Origin: Gilliamella apicola | GTDB taxonomy: Bacteria; Pseudomonadota; Gammaproteobacteria; Enterobacterales; Orbaceae | Assembly (NCBI RefSeq): GCF_003202655.1 | Contig: NZ_QGLR01000010.1 | Location: 164,582 to 228,581 of the forward strand | Direction of reading: 5' to 3' | Length of the DNA: 64,000 nucleotides | Part shown: piece after piece, positions 32,163 to 43,357 of the stretch | How the letters are laid out: each line of letters opens with the position of its first letter | Position numbering within the stretch: the stretch's first letter is position 1 | Made by a program: the position numbers and the translations under genes | Notes under the pieces: generated by a model | Told to the model about the DNA's origin: nothing | What the model saw: only the letters and a program-made list of their open reading frames with translations | Databases searched by the model: none

Positions 32163-32929
32163 AGTTAGTACCTATCTATTTTTTTTAGACAAAAGAATCC
32201 CGCTCTTAGTTAACGTTAAACTAGGAGTGAATAAGTTCTTATTGACTAAAATTTAAACGCAAAGCAATAACTAGCCATTAAAGCTAATGCTTGGCATAAA
32301 ATATAATGATAAAAATAAAAATTAGTTAAGAGTTAGATACAACTAGGTGGCTCTAAATGCTTATCTGTAAGATATAACACTCGCAAAAGCACTTTGTGAG
32401 CGCAATGGTGTTTTGAATTTGTGTGATCGCGTGTAGAAAACTGCATATCGTTCACCGTTACCGTTTTATCAATTTCGGCTTGTGAACTGAAAAAATAACT
32501 ATTTAGACAGGTTCATTAACCGATAATGATGTGTTTGAATTTATCTCCCCACATTTTGGGGTGACCCGATTGAGTGTCCATATTTCTCCTGTAAATTGAA
32601 CTCATCACTTTGTATTTCAACTTTCCTTAACCCTCATTTTTAACCACCTTTTATCGTTAAAAAAGTAAGAAAAGCTCAAAAGCGTGGACTTTATACGCTT
32701 TTGCCCTCAAGAAGTCAACCAATTAGCTAAAAATAGTGGTGTAAATGACTAAAAACAGCACTAATGATATGAGTTCATATACAATTAATCGCCGTTTTCG
32801 ATGCTGTTTATCGCAACGGTTAACCGCCCTAGTTATTTGCCAAATTTAAGAGTTAACCTACACGGTTTAGATTATGTTTAAACTAATCAACGCTGACAAT
32901 TTTCAATAAATCGTTACAAATTTACTTCA

Positions 32930-33760
32930 CGCAAGGAAAAATACCGACACATTAATCTATCGGAATTAATCTATCAGAATTAACTATCTAATTATTCAAA
33001 ATAAAGAATGCCTTACGTTATAAAATTCTTAATTATATTTACAAAATTTTTAACTTACTGATATTAAAAGATGTTGAAAGTATTTATCAATAATGAATAA
33101 ACTTCTTAATTAACATCAATAAAAATCATCTTACGCTATGGAATTCTTAATTATTTTTAAATGACTGAAATTAAAAGATATCGAAAGCATTTATCTTCAG
33201 TAAATTAACGCTTTAATTATCTTCAATAAAGATCGCCTTACGCTATAAAATTCTTAATGATATTTACAAAATTTTTAACTTACTGATATTAAAAATATGT
33301 TAAAAGCACTTATCATTCACTGAATTAGCGCTCTAATTATTTTCAATAAAGACCGTATTACGATATAGAACGCTTAATTATCTTTACAGATATTTTACTT
33401 TCTGATATTAAAAGATATCGAAAGTATTTATCAACAATGAATTAACTTTTTAATGAACATCACTAAAAATCACCTTACGCTATAAAATTCTTAATGATAT
33501 TTACAAAATTTTTAACTTACTGATATTAAAAATATGTTAAAAGCATTTATCATTCACTGAATTAGCGCTCTAATTATTTTCAATAAAGACAGCCTTACGC
33601 TATAGAATTCTCAATTATTTTTAACTGACTGAAATTAAAATATGTCGAAAGCATTTATCTGCGCTAAATTAACTGTGATTATTCTCAATAATGCTCAGCT
33701 CTCGGTATAGATTCCGCATTATTTTTACAGGAAATTTAAGCTACACATTAAATAATAAAT
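32930..33760. repeat. Tandem array of about seven 107-120 bp AT-rich repeat units in the topB-mgtA intergenic region. It has a higher-order A/B structure with a period of about 237 bp.
   Basis: Unit starts (cttacgctat...) fall at 33012, 33130, 33237, 33356, 33474, 33594 and about 33700. Units 3 and 5 are nearly identical. Each A unit contains a TTTACA-18 nt-TATTAA promoter-like motif and an AATTAGcgctCTAATT hairpin plus T-run. Confidence 0.85.
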
Positions 33761-33954
33761 TTATACTTAAAAAAGAAAATAAAGTCTTGGTAAATATATT
33801 GATTAACTGTCAAAGTAGAGATCTCTTACTAATTGAGAAGCAAAATTATAAGTATAGCGTCGATAATCAATATAAAAATTACTATTTATAATTGATGATT
33901 AACTAGACGATAGATAATTGTCATATTGTTTATACTGTTATTGATAAGTGGGGA

Positions 33955-35847
33955 TCAGGATTGAATTTTCAATCGTGAATTTTTTAACTGTTCGATCAAT
34001 GTGAGTAAAGAGCAATTTAGTTGATACATAAATTGTTGATAACTGAACTCTTTTTTACTAATTTCTTCGAGTTGTAACTCCCAATGTGCGGTCATATCTG
34101 GCATTGAAACACTTTCTGGTAATGATAAAATTAGGTTTTTACCAATCTGGGTTGCACGGATGGTTTTACCTTGTCGCGTCAAAAATTGGCGTTTAAATAA
34201 CAGCTCAATGATACCAGCTCGTGTTGCCTCAGTACCTAAGCCATCTGTTTCGCGTAGTATTTTTTTAATCTCTGGATCTTTAACAAATCTTGCAATACCT
34301 GTCATAGCTGACAATAAGGTAGCATCAGTAAAATATTTGGGTGGCTGAGTTTCTTTGCTAAGTAACTCAGTATCGGTACATTGGACTGATTCGCCTTTTT
34401 TAACCAGTTTCGTCAATAAGCCATTATTTTCGTTGCTATCTGCTTCGTTGTCAGTTTGATAATTTTTGCTTCTGAACAGTACTTTCCAACCTTCATTTAA
34501 CATCTGATTGGCTTTCGAGATAAATTTTCCACCACTAATATCAACATCAATCTGTAATTCAGCATATTTATAAGCGGGATAAAATTGGGCTAAATATTGT
34601 GTCGCAACCACTTGATATACAGCTTGCTCCTTACTGGATAAACTATCCATATTAACTTTACGCAACGTTGGGATAATCGCGTGATGAGCCTCTACTTTTT
34701 TATCATTCCAGGCTTTAGAACGTAAAGCGAAATCAGCATTATTAATAGCAGTTTGCAATTCTGGGCAATTACTCTCAATCGCTGATTTTACCCCTTGAAT
34801 CTGTTTTAAATGGTCTTCAGGCAGAAAACGACAATCAGAGCGAGGATAAGTAATTAACTTATGCTTTTCATATAGTGATTGGCAAATATCAAGTACTTCT
34901 TGGGCACTTAGACTATTGCGTTTCGCCATTTCAATTTGTAACGCAGATAAATTAAATGGCATCGGTGGCGCTAGCTCTTTCTTTTTATTGCTAACTTTAT
35001 TAATAATGCCGGTCTGACCTTGAATTCGTTGGCATACATTTTCGGCTAATGCTTTAACTAATACTCGACCTTCCTCATCCTGATAAGGGGCACAAGCCTC
35101 GCTTGGTTGCCATTTTGCTTTAAAGGTTTCATTATGTTTGGTTTGCAATATGGCATAGACTTCATAAAAAGGTTTAGGAACAAATTGGGCAATCTCTAAA
35201 TCCCGCCTAACCACTAAACCCAAAATAGGTGTTTGGACTCGGCCAATGGAGAGAACCCCGCGATAACCGCTACGTTGTCCTGCGAGCGTGCAGACACGGC
35301 TCATGTTCATGCCATACAACCAATCAGCTCGAGCTCTAGCTAATGCCGAGGTCGACAACGGGATAAAATCTTGATTATTTCTTAATTTTTCCAGTGATTT
35401 TTCAACTGCGCTAGCATTTAAATCACTGATTAAACAACGTTGAATTTTTTTGCGTTTTTCCGTAGGCAACTGACAATAATTGAGTACTTCATCTACCAAC
35501 AGCTGCCCTTCTCTATCAGGGTCACCTGCATGAACAATTTGATCGGCTGATTTGATTAATTCCACTAAAATATTAAATTGTTTCTGAGTACTGTTTTTCG
35601 GCAACAAAATCCATTTTTCAGGAACAATCGGTAAATCATCTAATGTCCACTTTTTATAGCGTTCATCATATATTTCCGGAGTTGCTTGTTCTAATAAATG
35701 CCCTATACACCAACTAACAACATCGCCGTTGCCAGCTTTGATAAACCCATTCCCCTTTTGGTGAGGTTTAGGCAAAACATCAGCAATAGCTCGTGCTAAG
35801 CTAGGCTTTTCGGCGATAAATAGACGATATGATTGGTTAGTTGGCAT
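33955..35847 (-). CDS. topB: DNA topoisomerase III
   Basis: Colinear with E. coli TopB over about 600 aa ([71 protein letters not shown]). Confidence 0.95.
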   Translation of the reverse strand: MPTNQSYRLFIAEKPSLARAIADVLPKPHQKGNGFIKAGNGDVVSWCIGHLLEQATPEIYDERYKKWTLDDLPIVPEKWILLPKNSTQKQFNILVELIKSADQIVHAGDPDREGQLLVDEVLNYCQLPTEKRKKIQRCLISDLNASAVEKSLEKLRNNQDFIPLSTSALARARADWLYGMNMSRVCTLAGQRSGYRGVLSIGRVQTPILGLVVRRDLEIAQFVPKPFYEVYAILQTKHNETFKAKWQPSEACAPYQDEEGRVLVKALAENVCQRIQGQTGIINKVSNKKKELAPPMPFNLSALQIEMAKRNSLSAQEVLDICQSLYEKHKLITYPRSDCRFLPEDHLKQIQGVKSAIESNCPELQTAINNADFALRSKAWNDKKVEAHHAIIPTLRKVNMDSLSSKEQAVYQVVATQYLAQFYPAYKYAELQIDVDISGGKFISKANQMLNEGWKVLFRSKNYQTDNEADSNENNGLLTKLVKKGESVQCTDTELLSKETQPPKYFTDATLLSAMTGIARFVKDPEIKKILRETDGLGTEATRAGIIELLFKRQFLTRQGKTIRATQIGKNLILSLPESVSMPDMTAHWELQLEEISKKEFSYQQFMYQLNCSLLTLIEQLKNSRLKIQS

Positions 35848-35862
35848 AATCTTTAATATTAT

Positions 35863-36234
35863 TCATAAGTTGCAAACGACATAGGTTTGATAAGGTATAT
35901 TCAAAGTTAAATCTAACTGACTAATAAGTTTTACCGTCGTTAGGTTATCTATAGCGCAGTAAGCTGTTATCTGCTGCACTACCCAAGTTAAAACTAACGT
36001 TACCACGCAAATCAGTGTAAGTTGTTTAGCTGTATTCTCCGCGTAGGTAGCAACTTTAATTTCAATGTTACTGTTATTATCGATATTATGGATTAAATAA
36101 GATGATGCTTTACAAACAATAACATTATCTATCAAAATAACAAATTCTAATCCGGATTTTGCTACATCAATTGATGAATTAAAATCTTTATACCACTGTT
36201 TAACGCGTTTAAGTTCTATTATTTGCTGATACAT
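35863..36234 (-). CDS. Hypothetical protein
   Basis: ORF only. No recognisable motifs. Lies immediately upstream of topB on the same strand. Confidence 0.25.
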   Translation of the reverse strand: MYQQIIELKRVKQWYKDFNSSIDVAKSGLEFVILIDNVIVCKASSYLIHNIDNNSNIEIKVATYAENTAKQLTLICVVTLVLTWVVQQITAYCAIDNLTTVKLISQLDLTLNIPYQTYVVCNL

Positions 36235-36670
36235 TTTTTCATCAATTACGTTTAATTGATTGATTTAATATAATTTTAAACAATTAAGTTTAGTTTCGGC
36301 TATCAAACAGCATATTCAGATAGCAATAATAATGGATCATTTTCTTATCATTGTTGCAATATAGAGTTTCAATCTTGTTTTGCCACTTTTTATCAGTAAC
36401 AATAAGAATTAACTCATCCTCACTATCTACTTTTGCAAGCTAGCAAAACACATTTTGATTTGGCTGACCAGCTAATAAAAATAAGCGACCAATTTTAATT
36501 ATAACTGAACTTGGTGGCAATAGATTATTAGTATCAGATACTCGATATTTGCTTGCCAACAAACAAAATAAATGTTCGCTTTACAACCTGAGATAGCAGT
36601 TAAACCGCTTGTTAATCTATTAATTCAGGAATGTATATCAAAATATCGTCTGATTTTTAAATTTACGCTT

Positions 36671-37684
36671 TTACCACCATTTTTTTAGTTTAAGCCATAC
36701 TACAGAAACGATACTAATAACAATCAACAATAATATTAAGCCTACAAAAGACCACTCTTTTTCATTGAAAGGGATCCCGGCCAAATTAACACCCAGCAAG
36801 CTAGTAATAAAAGTAATTGGCGTAAAAATAATTGTAAAGAGCGACATTAAATAGATGCGTTTATTGGTAGATTCAGCCAAAATACTATTAATTTGTTCCA
36901 TTAATGAACCAATTCTAATCAGGCAACTATCAATTTCAGACACATAGTGATTTTGTTGATTTGAGATATCATGTAATCGCTGGCGGTCGTTGTCATCGAT
37001 CCAAGATATTCTTTCCGTTGATATTTTGACAAAAATATCACGTTGCGGTGATAGTAAACGCCTTAATATGAAGAGTTGTTTACGAACTCGACCGATTTCT
37101 TTATGCGAAAAAATTCGTTGATTGAGTAATAAATCTTCCAATTTGATAATTTTATTATGCACACCGTCAAAAGATAAATTGACCTGATCACAAATTAACT
37201 CTGAGAGTTGAATTAGCCAATCAGCGACATCTACCGGACCAATCCCTTTTTCTAAATTTTCTTTTAGTTTGATGATAGCATCAATTTTTTGGTGTCTAGT
37301 CGAAATAATGAAATTATCGGTAATATAAAAACGGAAAGTGACAATCGGATCGGGTAACTCATTTGGTGTAAAGTTAACCCCTTTAAGCACCACTAAAATA
37401 CCGGAATCACAACGAATTTCTTTAGGAAATTGATTCGGTTTGATTAACTCATTTTTGACAAGATCAGGAATGAGATTGGTTTGATTAATCCAATTAATGG
37501 TTTCACTGTTGGCAAAATCAAGATGTATCCAATAAGGTTGTTTGACTGAAACTTCCGTTTGTTCACTCAAAGGATTAGCTTTACCTTTGCCATCCAATTG
37601 ACAACTAAAAACAGGTTGTGCTGCAAGTAGCTCTGAAACCAAAATAGAATTATTGCTATTTTCATTACTCATCATCAGCCCCAT
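36671..37684 (-). CDS. zntB: Zinc transporter ZntB (CorA superfamily)
   Basis: Two C-terminal TM helices with a GVNLAGIP (GxN-type) motif matching ZntB GVNLGGIP. About 330 aa with a CorA-like cytoplasmic domain. Confidence 0.8.
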   Translation of the reverse strand: MGLMMSNENSNNSILVSELLAAQPVFSCQLDGKGKANPLSEQTEVSVKQPYWIHLDFANSETINWINQTNLIPDLVKNELIKPNQFPKEIRCDSGILVVLKGVNFTPNELPDPIVTFRFYITDNFIISTRHQKIDAIIKLKENLEKGIGPVDVADWLIQLSELICDQVNLSFDGVHNKIIKLEDLLLNQRIFSHKEIGRVRKQLFILRRLLSPQRDIFVKISTERISWIDDNDRQRLHDISNQQNHYVSEIDSCLIRIGSLMEQINSILAESTNKRIYLMSLFTIIFTPITFITSLLGVNLAGIPFNEKEWSFVGLILLLIVISIVSVVWLKLKKWW

Positions 37685-37758
37685 TGGTTAAGTTTTTTTA
37701 ATTATATACTGATTTTGAGCAAAAATGCAGCGCGCCAATGATTTTCTAGTTCTAATAT

Positions 37759-38532
37759 TTAAGGGTTCAAATAAATTTGCGGTATCGATGTATGATGTGG
37801 ATGATTAAAAATACCGATTTCAACACCATACCATCGATGGATATTTTCAACCGTTAACACCTCGGTTGGTGCCCCTTGTTCAACAATTTTTCCTTGGTTA
37901 ACCAAAATTATTTTGTCAGCATATAAAGCAGCTAAATTCAGATCATGCAAGATGCAACACACAGCTAATTGCTGCTTAACTGCTAATTGCTTCAATAAGC
38001 GTAAAGTATGTTGTTGATGGTAGAGATCAAGCGCTGAGGTAGGTTCATCTAAAAACAGTAATTTTTCATTCGGTTCAGGTTGCCATAATTGGGCTAAAAC
38101 TCTAGCCAATTGAACTCTTTGTTGTTCGCCACCGGATAAACCTCGATAATCTCGGTCGGCAAATTGCAAACAATCGGTTTGAACCATCACTTCATGAATT
38201 GATTGATCAAAATGGGTTTTACCATAAGGCGCTCGCCCCATTGCAATAACTTCTTTTACTTTAAATGGAAAAGTAAGTTGGCTTTGTTGCAGCATTACGG
38301 TTCTTATTTTTGCCAATTGCTTTTGTGGCCACTGTGCTACTGGACGACCTTGTAAATAACACTCACCTGATAGCGGTTTTTGATAACCAGTTAATAGACG
38401 CAATAAGGTCGACTTACCAGCGCCATTAGGACCGATGATAATAACAATTTCGCCGGCATTTATTGATAAAGATACATCATTAATGATCATGCGACTGCCA
38501 TAACCAAAGGTTAAATTTTTAGCGGTTAACAC
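37759..38532 (-). CDS. hmuV: Heme/hemin ABC transporter ATP-binding protein
   Basis: Walker [13 protein letters not shown] signature LSGGEQQRV, Walker B LLFLDEP. Adjacent to the FecCD-type permease. Confidence 0.85.
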   Translation of the reverse strand: MLTAKNLTFGYGSRMIINDVSLSINAGEIVIIIGPNGAGKSTLLRLLTGYQKPLSGECYLQGRPVAQWPQKQLAKIRTVMLQQSQLTFPFKVKEVIAMGRAPYGKTHFDQSIHEVMVQTDCLQFADRDYRGLSGGEQQRVQLARVLAQLWQPEPNEKLLFLDEPTSALDLYHQQHTLRLLKQLAVKQQLAVCCILHDLNLAALYADKIILVNQGKIVEQGAPTEVLTVENIHRWYGVEIGIFNHPHHTSIPQIYLNP

Positions 38533-38548
38533 AATAAATCTCCATGCG

Positions 38549-39535
38549 TTATTTATGTCTCAGAATAAGCCAAAGAAAATATGGGCCACCAATTAAACTG
38601 GTTAAAAGACCAACAGGGATTTCCGTTGGTGCGACCAATGTTCTCGCTAAAGTATCTGCTAATAAGAGCAAACATGCGCCACCGAGTGCCGAACCCGGTA
38701 TTAACCATTTATGATTGGCACCGATTTGTAAACGAATCATATGAGGTACAACTAAGCCAACAAAAGCAATAATGCCACTCACCGCCACTGAGGTACCAAT
38801 TAACACGGCACAAAGTAATAAGAGATAACGTTTAATACGTTCAACATTGATACCTAAGTAATGGGCATCTTCATCGCCAAGTTGTAATATGTTGAGCTGA
38901 TGAGCCAGTTTGATGACGCCAAATAGTGCAGGAAAAATTAAAGAAATAGATACGAATACCAGATCCCAAGACCCTTTACCTAAATGTCCCATTGACCATA
39001 ACGAAAGTTGACGTAATTGTGACTCATCACTGATGTAACTAAGTCCGCCCATTACTGCGCCAATGATGGCATTAATCGCTACACCTAACAGAATCATTTT
39101 CGCAAGGTTGCATTGCTCATTAAGACTATAAAGATAGATCAAAACGCAAATAAATAAACTACCAGCAAAAGCTGCTACCATTTTGCCATAAAGCATCATA
39201 ATCGGCGGAAAAACAGCAGGAAATAAGATTGTTATACCCACCATAAGGCTTGCGCCACTGCTAATACCTAATAACCCCGGATCGGCTAAAGGATTTCTGA
39301 ATAATCCCTGCATAACAGCGCCAGCACTCGCTAATGCCATGCCGACCACTACCGCGAGTATAATTCTAGGTAATCGGATATTGCACCAAATATTCCATAG
39401 AGGATCATCAAATGACATACTCATTAATTGAGTAAAGGATAATTTTAATGCTCCCGAGTTTGCTGAATAGATTATTAAGATTAACAATAAAGCGAATAAT
39501 CCCAATAACAATATTTGTGGACTAGATTTGCGCAC
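38549..39535 (-). CDS. hmuU: Heme ABC transporter permease (FecCD family)
   Basis: About 10 TM segments with FecCD/BtuC-type motifs. 328 aa. Confidence 0.85.
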   Translation of the reverse strand: MRKSSPQILLLGLFALLLILIIYSANSGALKLSFTQLMSMSFDDPLWNIWCNIRLPRIILAVVVGMALASAGAVMQGLFRNPLADPGLLGISSGASLMVGITILFPAVFPPIMMLYGKMVAAFAGSLFICVLIYLYSLNEQCNLAKMILLGVAINAIIGAVMGGLSYISDESQLRQLSLWSMGHLGKGSWDLVFVSISLIFPALFGVIKLAHQLNILQLGDEDAHYLGINVERIKRYLLLLCAVLIGTSVAVSGIIAFVGLVVPHMIRLQIGANHKWLIPGSALGGACLLLLADTLARTLVAPTEIPVGLLTSLIGGPYFLWLILRHK

Positions 39536-39556
39536 CGATTAACCTCATAAATTTAA

Positions 39557-40210
39557 TTAATAATTTACCGTAAGGCTTGGGTCAACAACACTATATGCAC
39601 GATTATCAAATTGTTGATTTGCAATTTTATCCATGATTATTTTGGCTAATTCTTTACGATATACGAAACCGTGAACTTCTTGAGCAAAATAGCATTGACC
39701 GTTATTGGTTAGTTCGCCATCGCGTAAACCGCCGGGTCTTAAGATCACATAATTCAAGGTACTCGTTTGTAACCAAACTTCAGCCAAGGATTTTTCGCGC
39801 ACCGCATTACCAAATGCTTGTTTAGCTCGTAAGGATAAGGTTGACCATGAATCACCACAACCAAGTGAGGTCACCAATACCATTTGTTTGATTCCTACTT
39901 GTTCTGCGCAATCAATGATATTGCGCTGCGCAATATAATTGCCGGTTTCGCCACCCAAAGTTGAAATAATGGTTGCATCACAACCAGCTTGCTTACCGAT
40001 TTCCTTTACTAATTCAACGTCGGTTGCATCACCTACATAGGTTTCAATATTTTGTTGAGCTAATTGTTTTGCAAAGTCAGCATCGCGGACTAAAGCAATA
40101 CAACGCCACTCTGGGTGGCATTGTTTGATTAATTGCGATACTTGATAACCAGTTCCTAACTTGGCGCTAACACCAAAAATAATTACTGTTTTCATGTTAT
40201 TATTCTTCAA
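39557..40210 (-). CDS. chuY: NAD(P)H-binding protein, ChuY-like (anaerobilin reductase candidate)
   Basis: N-terminal Rossmann motif VIIFGVSAKLGTG. About 217 aa. Lies directly downstream of the chuW/chuX homologs, as in E. coli O157 chuWXY. Confidence 0.6.
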   Translation of the reverse strand: MKNNNMKTVIIFGVSAKLGTGYQVSQLIKQCHPEWRCIALVRDADFAKQLAQQNIETYVGDATDVELVKEIGKQAGCDATIISTLGGETGNYIAQRNIIDCAEQVGIKQMVLVTSLGCGDSWSTLSLRAKQAFGNAVREKSLAEVWLQTSTLNYVILRPGGLRDGELTNNGQCYFAQEVHGFVYRKELAKIIMDKIANQQFDNRAYSVVDPSLTVNY

Positions 40211-40211
40211 A

Positions 40212-40712
40212 TTAATTAATTTTTTCTGCTAACGCTCTAAATTTTTCTAGCTGATCGGCTTTTAATTGATGCTTTTCATCACGGCCAACGAAAATTTTAA
40301 ACATGGATTGGCCTAAATGGTTGAGGAAAATCATTGAAGCCGTCGACATTTTCATAAATTTTCTTTCGATAAATGCAATATATTGACAATGTTCTGCTTT
40401 GATATGACCGCTTAACCCTTTTTGGTGACGTAAATTAAAGTATTTTTGGCTATGTGTTCCCGGTGGTAATTCACCTGAAATTTCAGCAATAACGTCACCA
40501 GTGTGAACTAAAAATAACACATCACCCCAAGTGGTTACTTCTTGCCAAATTTCATCAAAATGGCTGCCATCAACAATTTTAGCATCTGGTATTGCTTGGA
40601 TTACTTGTGTTAGCGTGACTTTATGATCTTGAGCGATTTTTTCTAACAGTTCTTCTGGATTAGATTGCATATAAGCTGCAAGGTTATCTAAAAGGGTTTG
40701 TTTTTCTGCCAT
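40212..40712 (-). CDS. chuX: Heme utilization protein ChuX/HutX family
   Basis: 166 aa. Colinear with ChuX (WGDVLFLVHTGDVIAEISGELPPG, YFNLRHQKGLSGHIKAEHCQYIAFIERKFM). Confidence 0.8.
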   Translation of the reverse strand: MAEKQTLLDNLAAYMQSNPEELLEKIAQDHKVTLTQVIQAIPDAKIVDGSHFDEIWQEVTTWGDVLFLVHTGDVIAEISGELPPGTHSQKYFNLRHQKGLSGHIKAEHCQYIAFIERKFMKMSTASMIFLNHLGQSMFKIFVGRDEKHQLKADQLEKFRALAEKIN

Positions 40713-40723
40713 AGTAATTTCCT

Positions 40724-42151
40724 TTAATTTTTTGTTTTTACTTGGATGTTTTGCATATGTGGATGAGATTTAGGCATACCATTACCTTGTTGCATGGCTT
40801 GTCTAGCTTGGGCCATCTTCTGTTGTAATTCGATATGTTCTGGATTATTAAGTTGCAATAACAATTGCTGCAATGCTTGAACTATATTACTCGACCAAAA
40901 ACGTCCTGATAAAGTTAGGCGTAAACAACGATCTTCATTTTGCAGCAAACCGACTTCATGCCATTGCTTGATAAGTGGGTCAAAGAGTTCAGCTTGATTG
41001 GTTAGTTGCGTTAAATCTACTCGCCCTTTTTCTATACCAGCTTGTAATTTATGCAACCAGTCACCCACTAAAGGTTTACCGGTTAACATCATCAACGGTT
41101 TTTTACCTTGGTCTAATAAAGCATAATATTGACTCAAATCTCGATGGATCATAAAAGATTGTCCGTCTAGCTTTCCACCTGCACATGAACCGAATGCAAA
41201 AAAGTGAGAGCCTTGTTTTATCAGAAAATTATATAAATTTCGTTCGCGACTGGTTTTTGCCCAATGAGCATTAGTTAAATGGGTCCAACCTTGTTTAGCT
41301 AAATATTCAGCACCTTGATGGTAAAAATTGCACTTATCAGTAACCGATGGGATCGCAATTCGATTATTTTCCACCCCTTTAGCTAATGGTGTTGTCGGCA
41401 AGAGATTTAAAGAATAAAGATCAACCCCGTCAAGTGGCAATTGATCAGCAATTTCTAAATCTCTTTGCCATGTAGCCGGTGTCTGGTTAGGTAAGCCAAA
41501 CATCAGGTCACAAACTAATGCAACACTATCACGCGCAGCAATACGTTCAAAACCTTGAATAATCTCTTTTTCTGATGATTGGCGTCCTAATCGTTGTCTA
41601 ATTGCGGTATTGAAGGTTTGAATACCTATCGAAAAACGATTTGCACCAGCTTCAATATAACTATCAATTTTATCTTCATCAAAATCAGAAATTCGCCCTT
41701 CGACTGTAATTTCACAATCTGGCGCTAATGGCGCATGCTGTTTAAAATAACTTATTACTCGCGCTAATTGTCCTGCCGCTAACGCAGAAGGTGTACCTCC
41801 ACCAAAATAAATAGCGTGAATTGGCGCCGACTGCATAGCTTTATTATTGATTTCGAGGGATATTTCTTGTAATAAATAATCAATATAAGTTTTGGTATCA
41901 AACTTTTTTAATGGGTTTTGATAAAATCCACAAAACTGACAATGAATATCACAAAAAGGGATATGAATGTAGATCAGTCGTTTTTTTCCAGATAAATCTG
42001 AATTTTGCAAGATACTCCATTGCGGCTCTAATTCTTGTGGTGATACTGGTAGGCTTGCTTGTAATGGCATCATTGCCCAACGATCTTTAAAAGGTAAAAC
42101 TGAATTTGAAGCGTAAAACGCACTTACATCAAATGATTTCATAACATCCAT
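40724..42151 (-). CDS. chuW: Radical SAM heme-degrading enzyme ChuW/HutW (HemN-like)
   Basis: Radical SAM CxxxCxxC (IPFCDIHCQFCGF). HemN-like length of 475 aa. Sits in a heme-uptake locus. Confidence 0.8.
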   Translation of the reverse strand: MDVMKSFDVSAFYASNSVLPFKDRWAMMPLQASLPVSPQELEPQWSILQNSDLSGKKRLIYIHIPFCDIHCQFCGFYQNPLKKFDTKTYIDYLLQEISLEINNKAMQSAPIHAIYFGGGTPSALAAGQLARVISYFKQHAPLAPDCEITVEGRISDFDEDKIDSYIEAGANRFSIGIQTFNTAIRQRLGRQSSEKEIIQGFERIAARDSVALVCDLMFGLPNQTPATWQRDLEIADQLPLDGVDLYSLNLLPTTPLAKGVENNRIAIPSVTDKCNFYHQGAEYLAKQGWTHLTNAHWAKTSRERNLYNFLIKQGSHFFAFGSCAGGKLDGQSFMIHRDLSQYYALLDQGKKPLMMLTGKPLVGDWLHKLQAGIEKGRVDLTQLTNQAELFDPLIKQWHEVGLLQNEDRCLRLTLSGRFWSSNIVQALQQLLLQLNNPEHIELQQKMAQARQAMQQGNGMPKSHPHMQNIQVKTKN

Positions 42152-42174
42152 TCATAAAAATAATCTCGGTGAAT

Positions 42175-42200
42175 TAAATAATAATTATTATCATTTATCA
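42175..42200. promoter_or_regulatory. Putative Fur box in the divergent chuW / hmuT promoter region
   Basis: AAATAATAATTATTATCATTTATC matches about 13 of 19 positions of the GATAATGATAATCATTATC Fur consensus. It lies between divergently transcribed heme genes. Confidence 0.45.
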
Positions 42201-42421
42201 ATATTTTTTTAATTTTTTTGCTGTTTATTTATCCTGAACTAAGTATTTATTTAATAACTGTTCAATATCCATCCTAGATTTGGGTGTTTTTTGAAAATTT
42301 TATTCAATCCCTACCCTACTTTGTCGTGGTTGATATTGATAATTGTTTTCATTATAGTGTTTTGTCTGATTTAAATTTGAGGTCTATAACTCAAGTGATA
42401 AATAAAAATTTCATAAACAAA

Positions 42422-43249
42422 ATGTGGTTATTTTTGTTGCTCTTTAGCCTAAATAGCTTAATCAATTTCAGCTCAGCAAATGAAAGAATTGTTGTTGCAG
42501 GTAGTACTTTGACAGAAATCGTTTTTGCCCTAGGTGCTGGAGAAGATATCGTTGGGGTGGATAATAGCAGTCGATATCCAAAACAAGTTACCCAATTACC
42601 ACAAATTGGTAATGTAAAATTGTTAAATATTGAATCAGTTTTATCCCTCACGCCCTCCTTAGTTATTAGTTTTGATGATGCGGAAATCGCTAACGTACTG
42701 AAACAAATTTCCCAAGCAAAAATCGAAATTTTACCCCTGAAACGTGAACCAAGTACAGTCGAATCGCTGTATGAAAATATCAGTAAAATTGCCGCTAAAT
42801 TAGATAGAGCAAAGGAAGGACAAAAACTGATTAAGCGAATCAAAAATGATCTTTCGCTAATTCAAAACAGAACTGCCACTCGTCGGCAAAAAACTAAAGT
42901 TTTATGCCTCATGAATATGGAGAGAAACATTTTCATAGTAGGAAAAAATACCGCTATCGATGCATTAATTACCATCGCTGGTGGTGAGAATTTGGCAACA
43001 CATAATAGTGTTAGAACTTATACTAGTGAATCACTAACTGCTATGAATCCCGAAGTTATTATTTTAACTAACCATTCGATCGAAGAGTTAGGTGGCTTTG
43101 ACAAAATTAATACCATTGCTGGTATTACCGAAACAGATGCATATAAAAACCATGGCATTGTTATTATCGATGATAGCTATTTATTTACAATCGGACCGAG
43201 AGTTGTTGAGGAAGTATTTAAACTGTTTAACGGCTTTTACCCTGAGTAA
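42422..43249 (+). CDS. hmuT: Heme ABC transporter periplasmic substrate-binding protein (copy 1)
   Basis: Signal peptide MWLFLLLFSLNSLINFSSA. The start was moved from the tracked 42284 to 42422. Paralog of 45000..45848, sharing ERIVVAGSTLTEIVFALGAG. Confidence 0.8.
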   Translation: MWLFLLLFSLNSLINFSSANERIVVAGSTLTEIVFALGAGEDIVGVDNSSRYPKQVTQLPQIGNVKLLNIESVLSLTPSLVISFDDAEIANVLKQISQAKIEILPLKREPSTVESLYENISKIAAKLDRAKEGQKLIKRIKNDLSLIQNRTATRRQKTKVLCLMNMERNIFIVGKNTAIDALITIAGGENLATHNSVRTYTSESLTAMNPEVIILTNHSIEELGGFDKINTIAGITETDAYKNHGIVIIDDSYLFTIGPRVVEEVFKLFNGFYPE

Positions 43250-43357
43250 AACCTCATTAAGTAATTTTTCTATTTTATTAATATTTTTATCAATTGAAGC
43301 AAGAGATGAGTATTTTTTTAATAAATTATGTTGGAAAGGACTAACATGATAAATGTT

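Noticed and set aside
32930-33760. A possible CRISPR array, suggested by the regular roughly 120-bp periodicity.
   Set aside because: The repeat units are contiguous and mutually similar over their whole length. There are no unique spacers between short conserved repeats and no cas genes nearby. This is a tandem satellite-like repeat, not CRISPR.
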